Shown here in pieces: positions 60,711 to 64,000 of a DNA stretch of 64,000 bases. The stretch lies in assembly GCA_965227515.1 (NCBI GenBank), contig CBDDFZ010000001.1, positions 1,248,001 to 1,312,000 on the forward strand, written 5' to 3'. The position numbers and the translations under genes were made by a program. The stretch comes from Alphaproteobacteria bacterium. GTDB taxonomy: Bacteria; Pseudomonadota; Alphaproteobacteria; CALKHQ01. Under the pieces are notes generated by a model. It had not been told where the DNA came from, did no database searches, and was given only the letters and a program-made list of their open reading frames with translations. How positions within the stretch are numbered: position 1 is the first letter of the stretch; each line of letters begins with the position of its first letter.

Positions 60711-61373
60711 TCAGCGTGTGGGCCGTGGCGCGGTGGCCGGCCAGAAGTTGAAGGCGATGGAGATCCGGACCTGGTCGCCGCGATAGGGGCGGACGGCGTG
60801 GCGCACCCACGACGGGAACAGCAGCATGTCGCCGGCGCGCGGCGGGATCATCTCGCTGGCGCCCATCGACACCGCACCGGGTACCGCCGGCACCAGGTCG
60901 GGCGCCAGCATCGCCGGCGCGGCTCCGCGCGGATCGTAGAGCTCGAACTCGCCGCCGAGCGTCGGGTCCGCCTCCGCGCCGCCGGTTTCCACCCAATACG
61001 TGCCGGACCACACCGATCCGGGGTGGATGTGGCCCTCGTTCGCGTTGCCGTACCGGTTGACGTTGGCCCAGATATTGTGGGCCCACTCGATGTTGGTCGG
61101 CTGGCCGGCCCGGGTCTGGGTCATGCGGCCGGCGGTCTGCTTGGCGAGGTCCAGCACTTTGGCGGTGGCCGGCCCGCCCCAGTCCATCATGTCCCAGTCC
61201 GATTGCCAGCCGCCCAGATTCGAATGGTCGGTCGAGGGCGCGGCCTCGGCACGCTTCAGGATCGTGTCCTTCAGCGCGGCGTTCAGGGCAGCCGCGTCGG
61301 GCACGTGCACGATCACCACCGGGGTGGCGAACAACTGCACGACCTGGACTTCGATACTCACCGGCGGGCTCAT
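60711..61373 (-). CDS. TIGR02466-like 2OG-Fe(II) oxygenase
   Basis: LFATP, SN.GGWQS, WANVN, H.HP, SGTY, FPSW..H.V.P and RISIAFN; ATGA overlap with tsaD. Confidence 0.85.
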   Translation of the reverse strand: MSPPVSIEVQVVQLFATPVVIVHVPDAAALNAALKDTILKRAEAAPSTDHSNLGGWQSDWDMMDWGGPATAKVLDLAKQTAGRMTQTRAGQPTNIEWAHNIWANVNRYGNANEGHIHPGSVWSGTYWVETGGAEADPTLGGEFELYDPRGAAPAMLAPDLVPAVPGAVSMGASEMIPPRAGDMLLFPSWVRHAVRPYRGDQVRISIAFNFWPATAPRPTR

Positions 61374-62467
61374 GGCCGTGCCTCCGTAAGTTGGGGCGTG
61401 TCGGTCCCGGCCGCGACCGCGTCGGGCGGGGCCATTTCCTCCAGCGGCCATCGCGGGCGCGGCACCACGTTGCGCATGCCGGCCTCGCCGGCCATCAGCC
61501 GCTCCAGCCCGGCCCAGGCCACCATCGCCGCGTTGTCGGTGCAAAGCGCCGGTGCCGGCGCGACGAAGGCGAGCCCATGCGCCTCGGCGACGCTGGCAAC
61601 CCGTGTCCGGAGCGTCCGGTTGGCGGCGACACCGCCGGCGACGACCAGCGTCGCGGGTGTGTCGGGCAGTGCCGAAATCGCGTTGGCCAAACGGTCGGCC
61701 ACGATGTCCGACACCGCGTCCAGGAACGCGGCGCACAGATCGGCCCTGGCGTCCGCTGCATCGTCGTCGGGCAGGTCGGCGATGGCTTCGGCGTGGCGGC
61801 GCACCGCCGTCTTCAGGCCGGACAGCGAGAAGTCGCAGCCGGGGCGGCCCAGCATCGGGCGCGGCAGCGAGAACCTGGCGCGCGCGCCGGTTGCGCGCTG
61901 TGCCTCGGCCTCCACCGCCGGACCGCCGGGATAGCCCAGGCCCAACAGCTTGGCTGTCTTGTCGAAGGCCTCGCCGATGGCGTCGTCCAGGGTCCGGCCC
62001 AGCACCTCGTAGCGGCCGACACCGCGCACCATCGCGATCAGGCAATGGCCGCCGGAGGCGAGCAGCAGCAGGTAGGGAAACGCGACATCGTCGGTCAGCC
62101 GCGCGGTCAGCGCATGCGCTTCCAGGTGGTTGACCGCGACGAACGGCACGCCGCGCGCCAGGGCGGCGGCCTGCCCGGCAACCGCGCCGACGATGACGCC
62201 GCCGATCAGGCCGGGCCCGCTGGTGGCCGCGACCCCGTCGACGTCGGCCCAATCGACGCCAGCATCGGCCAGGGCGCGCGCCATCACCCGGTCGATCAGC
62301 TCGACATGGCCGCGCGCCGCCACCTCCGGCACCACGCCGCCATAGGGCGCGTGATCCTCGATCTGGCTGTGGATCGCGTTCGACAGGATGCGCGCATCCG
62401 GCGCGCCGTCGGTAACCACCGCCGCCGCCGTCTCGTCACAGGATGTCTCGATGCCCAAAACGATCAT
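61370..62467 (-). CDS. tsaD: tRNA N6-adenosine threonylcarbamoyltransferase
   Basis: [40 protein letters not shown] and CTDNAAM. Confidence 0.97.
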   Translation of the reverse strand: MIVLGIETSCDETAAAVVTDGAPDARILSNAIHSQIEDHAPYGGVVPEVAARGHVELIDRVMARALADAGVDWADVDGVAATSGPGLIGGVIVGAVAGQAAALARGVPFVAVNHLEAHALTARLTDDVAFPYLLLLASGGHCLIAMVRGVGRYEVLGRTLDDAIGEAFDKTAKLLGLGYPGGPAVEAEAQRATGARARFSLPRPMLGRPGCDFSLSGLKTAVRRHAEAIADLPDDDAADARADLCAAFLDAVSDIVADRLANAISALPDTPATLVVAGGVAANRTLRTRVASVAEAHGLAFVAPAPALCTDNAAMVAWAGLERLMAGEAGMRNVVPRPRWPLEEMAPPDAVAAGTDTPQLTEARP

Positions 62468-62528
62468 CTGTCGCCTTCGCTTGTCATGCATGCTGGCAGA
62501 TTGGCCCTCCAGCCGCTAGGTACAGGAA

Positions 62529-63485
62529 ATGAGCACCTCGTCGCACCCCATCCTGCGGATCGGCACCCGTGGCAGCCCGCTGGCCCGCGTCCAGGCGACG
62601 ATGGTCGCGGCGGGTTTGGCCGCGCACCACCCGGACCTGGCGGGGCCCGGCGCGATCGAGACCGTCATCATCACCACCACCGGCGACCGGGTGCGCGACC
62701 GGCCGCTGGCCGAAATCGGCGGCAAGGGCCTGTTCACCAAGGAGATCGAGGAGGCGCTCTACGACAATCGCATCGACCTTGCCGTCCACTCGATGAAGGA
62801 TGTGCCCACCGTGCTGCCGGATGGGCTGTTCATCGCTGCTCTGCTGCCGCGCGCCAACCCGCACGACGTGCTGATCCTGCACCCGGATGCACGGACCGGA
62901 GACGGAACGGGGCTTGCCGCCATCGCGCCGGGACGGGTGGTCGGCACCTCGGCGCTCAGGCGGGCGGTGCAGATCCAGCACGCGCGGCCCGACCTGAAGG
63001 TGGTGCCGATCCGCGGCAATGTCGACACCCGCATGGCCAAGGTGGCCGACGGCACGGTGGACGCGACGCTGCTGGCCCTGGCCGGTCTTGAAAGGCTGAA
63101 CCGCACCATGGACACCCACCTGTTGCTGACGCCGGACGAAATGCTGCCGGCGGTGGCGCAGGGCGCCATCGGTATCGAGTGCCGCGAGGGCGACGAGGCG
63201 ACGGTCGCCCGGGTGGCGGCGCTGAACGACCCGGACACGGCAATGGCGGTCGCGATGGAACGCGGTTTCCTGGCCGCCCTGGACGGTTCCTGCCGCACGC
63301 CGATCGCCGCCCACGCCACCCGGAACGATGGCGGCTGGACGCTAGACGGCCTACGCGCCGACCCGGACGGCGGCAATCTTGTGCGCAGGGTCTGGAACCT
63401 GGACGGCGCGGGCCGCGCGCGCGACGAAGCCGCCGCATTCGGGTTCGACTGCGGGCGCGCGCTTGGCGGCGCGGGCGGGCACTGA
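62529..63485 (+). CDS. hemC: Hydroxymethylbilane synthase
   Basis: IGTRGSPLA..Q, GGKGLFTKE, AVHS.KD, RGNV.TR and GSCRTP. Confidence 0.97.
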   Translation: MSTSSHPILRIGTRGSPLARVQATMVAAGLAAHHPDLAGPGAIETVIITTTGDRVRDRPLAEIGGKGLFTKEIEEALYDNRIDLAVHSMKDVPTVLPDGLFIAALLPRANPHDVLILHPDARTGDGTGLAAIAPGRVVGTSALRRAVQIQHARPDLKVVPIRGNVDTRMAKVADGTVDATLLALAGLERLNRTMDTHLLLTPDEMLPAVAQGAIGIECREGDEATVARVAALNDPDTAMAVAMERGFLAALDGSCRTPIAAHATRNDGGWTLDGLRADPDGGNLVRRVWNLDGAGRARDEAAAFGFDCGRALGGAGGH

Positions 63486-63487
63486 TC

Positions 63488-64000
63488 GTGGCGCGCCGCA
63501 TTCTGGTCACCCGGCCGCAGCCGGATGCCGACGAGACCGCCATCGACCTGCGCGCGATGGGCTGGACGGCGATGTGCGCGCCGATGCTGAAGATGGTGCC
63601 GATCCTGCCGCCGCCGGAGGCCGATGTGCCGCGCATCGACGATGTGACCGGGGTGGTGCTGACCAGCCGCAACGGCGCGCGGGCGCTGGCGCTGCACCCG
63701 CTCTCCGCCAGGATCATGGAACGGAACTTGCCGATCTACACCGTGGGCGATGCGACCAAGTCGGCGGCGCGAGCCGTCGGCTTCGCCAATCTGGTCAGCG
63801 CCGGCGGCGATGTCGAGGATCTGATCGCACTCATCGTACGCCAATGCGATCCACCGCGTACGCACCTGTTGTATGCGTGCGGGCGGCAGATCACGGTCGA
63901 TCTGGCCGCGCGGTTGAGCGCATTGCGTCTGTGCTGCGATGGTTTTGTCGTCTACGACATGCAGGCGGCCGACATGCTGCCCGACGACGTGGTGCGGGCA
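63488..64000 (+). CDS. hemD: Uroporphyrinogen-III synthase, partial; runs off the window edge
   Basis: GTG start; RILVTRPQP...LTSRNG...YTVGDAT...VYD; follows hemC. Confidence 0.88.
   Translation, partial: MARRILVTRPQPDADETAIDLRAMGWTAMCAPMLKMVPILPPPEADVPRIDDVTGVVLTSRNGARALALHPLSARIMERNLPIYTVGDATKSAARAVGFANLVSAGGDVEDLIALIVRQCDPPRTHLLYACGRQITVDLAARLSALRLCCDGFVVYDMQAADMLPDDVVRA

Overview
This is a GC-rich alphaproteobacterial chromosome segment, probably Rhodospirillales-like judging from gapR, irr, a CtrA box and gene order. Most of it is core genome: 5' part of cheA, csp, gapR, tyrS, anmK, cysE-iscS-like-fdx, tenA, ffs-dnaX-ybaB-recR, glnE-bcp, FNR, irr-rubrerythrin cluster and EVE-yciI-tsaD-hemC-hemD. 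Accessory or unusual pieces are: (i) a BLUF photoreceptor gene in frame with the downstream class III adenylate cyclase and separated from it by one TGA; (ii) three tandem TPR+GT-B genes resembling the flagellin glycosyltransferase FlmG; (iii) two orphan genes, one with a papain-fold (Tox-PL-like) Cys-His-Asp signature; (iv) glnE interrupted by a single extra G; (v) an AT-richer merR/merT/merP/merF/GDCCVxC island with no merA, whose merF can apparently start only at CTG; (vi) a CRP-type regulator followed by a perfect CRP box and a perfect CtrA box upstream of an orphan gene; (vii) three families of intergenic palindromic repeats, one copy with an internally inverted loop. I saw no CRISPR array, rRNA, tRNA, transposase or integrase. 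All family calls come from motif recognition by eye, not from database searches.
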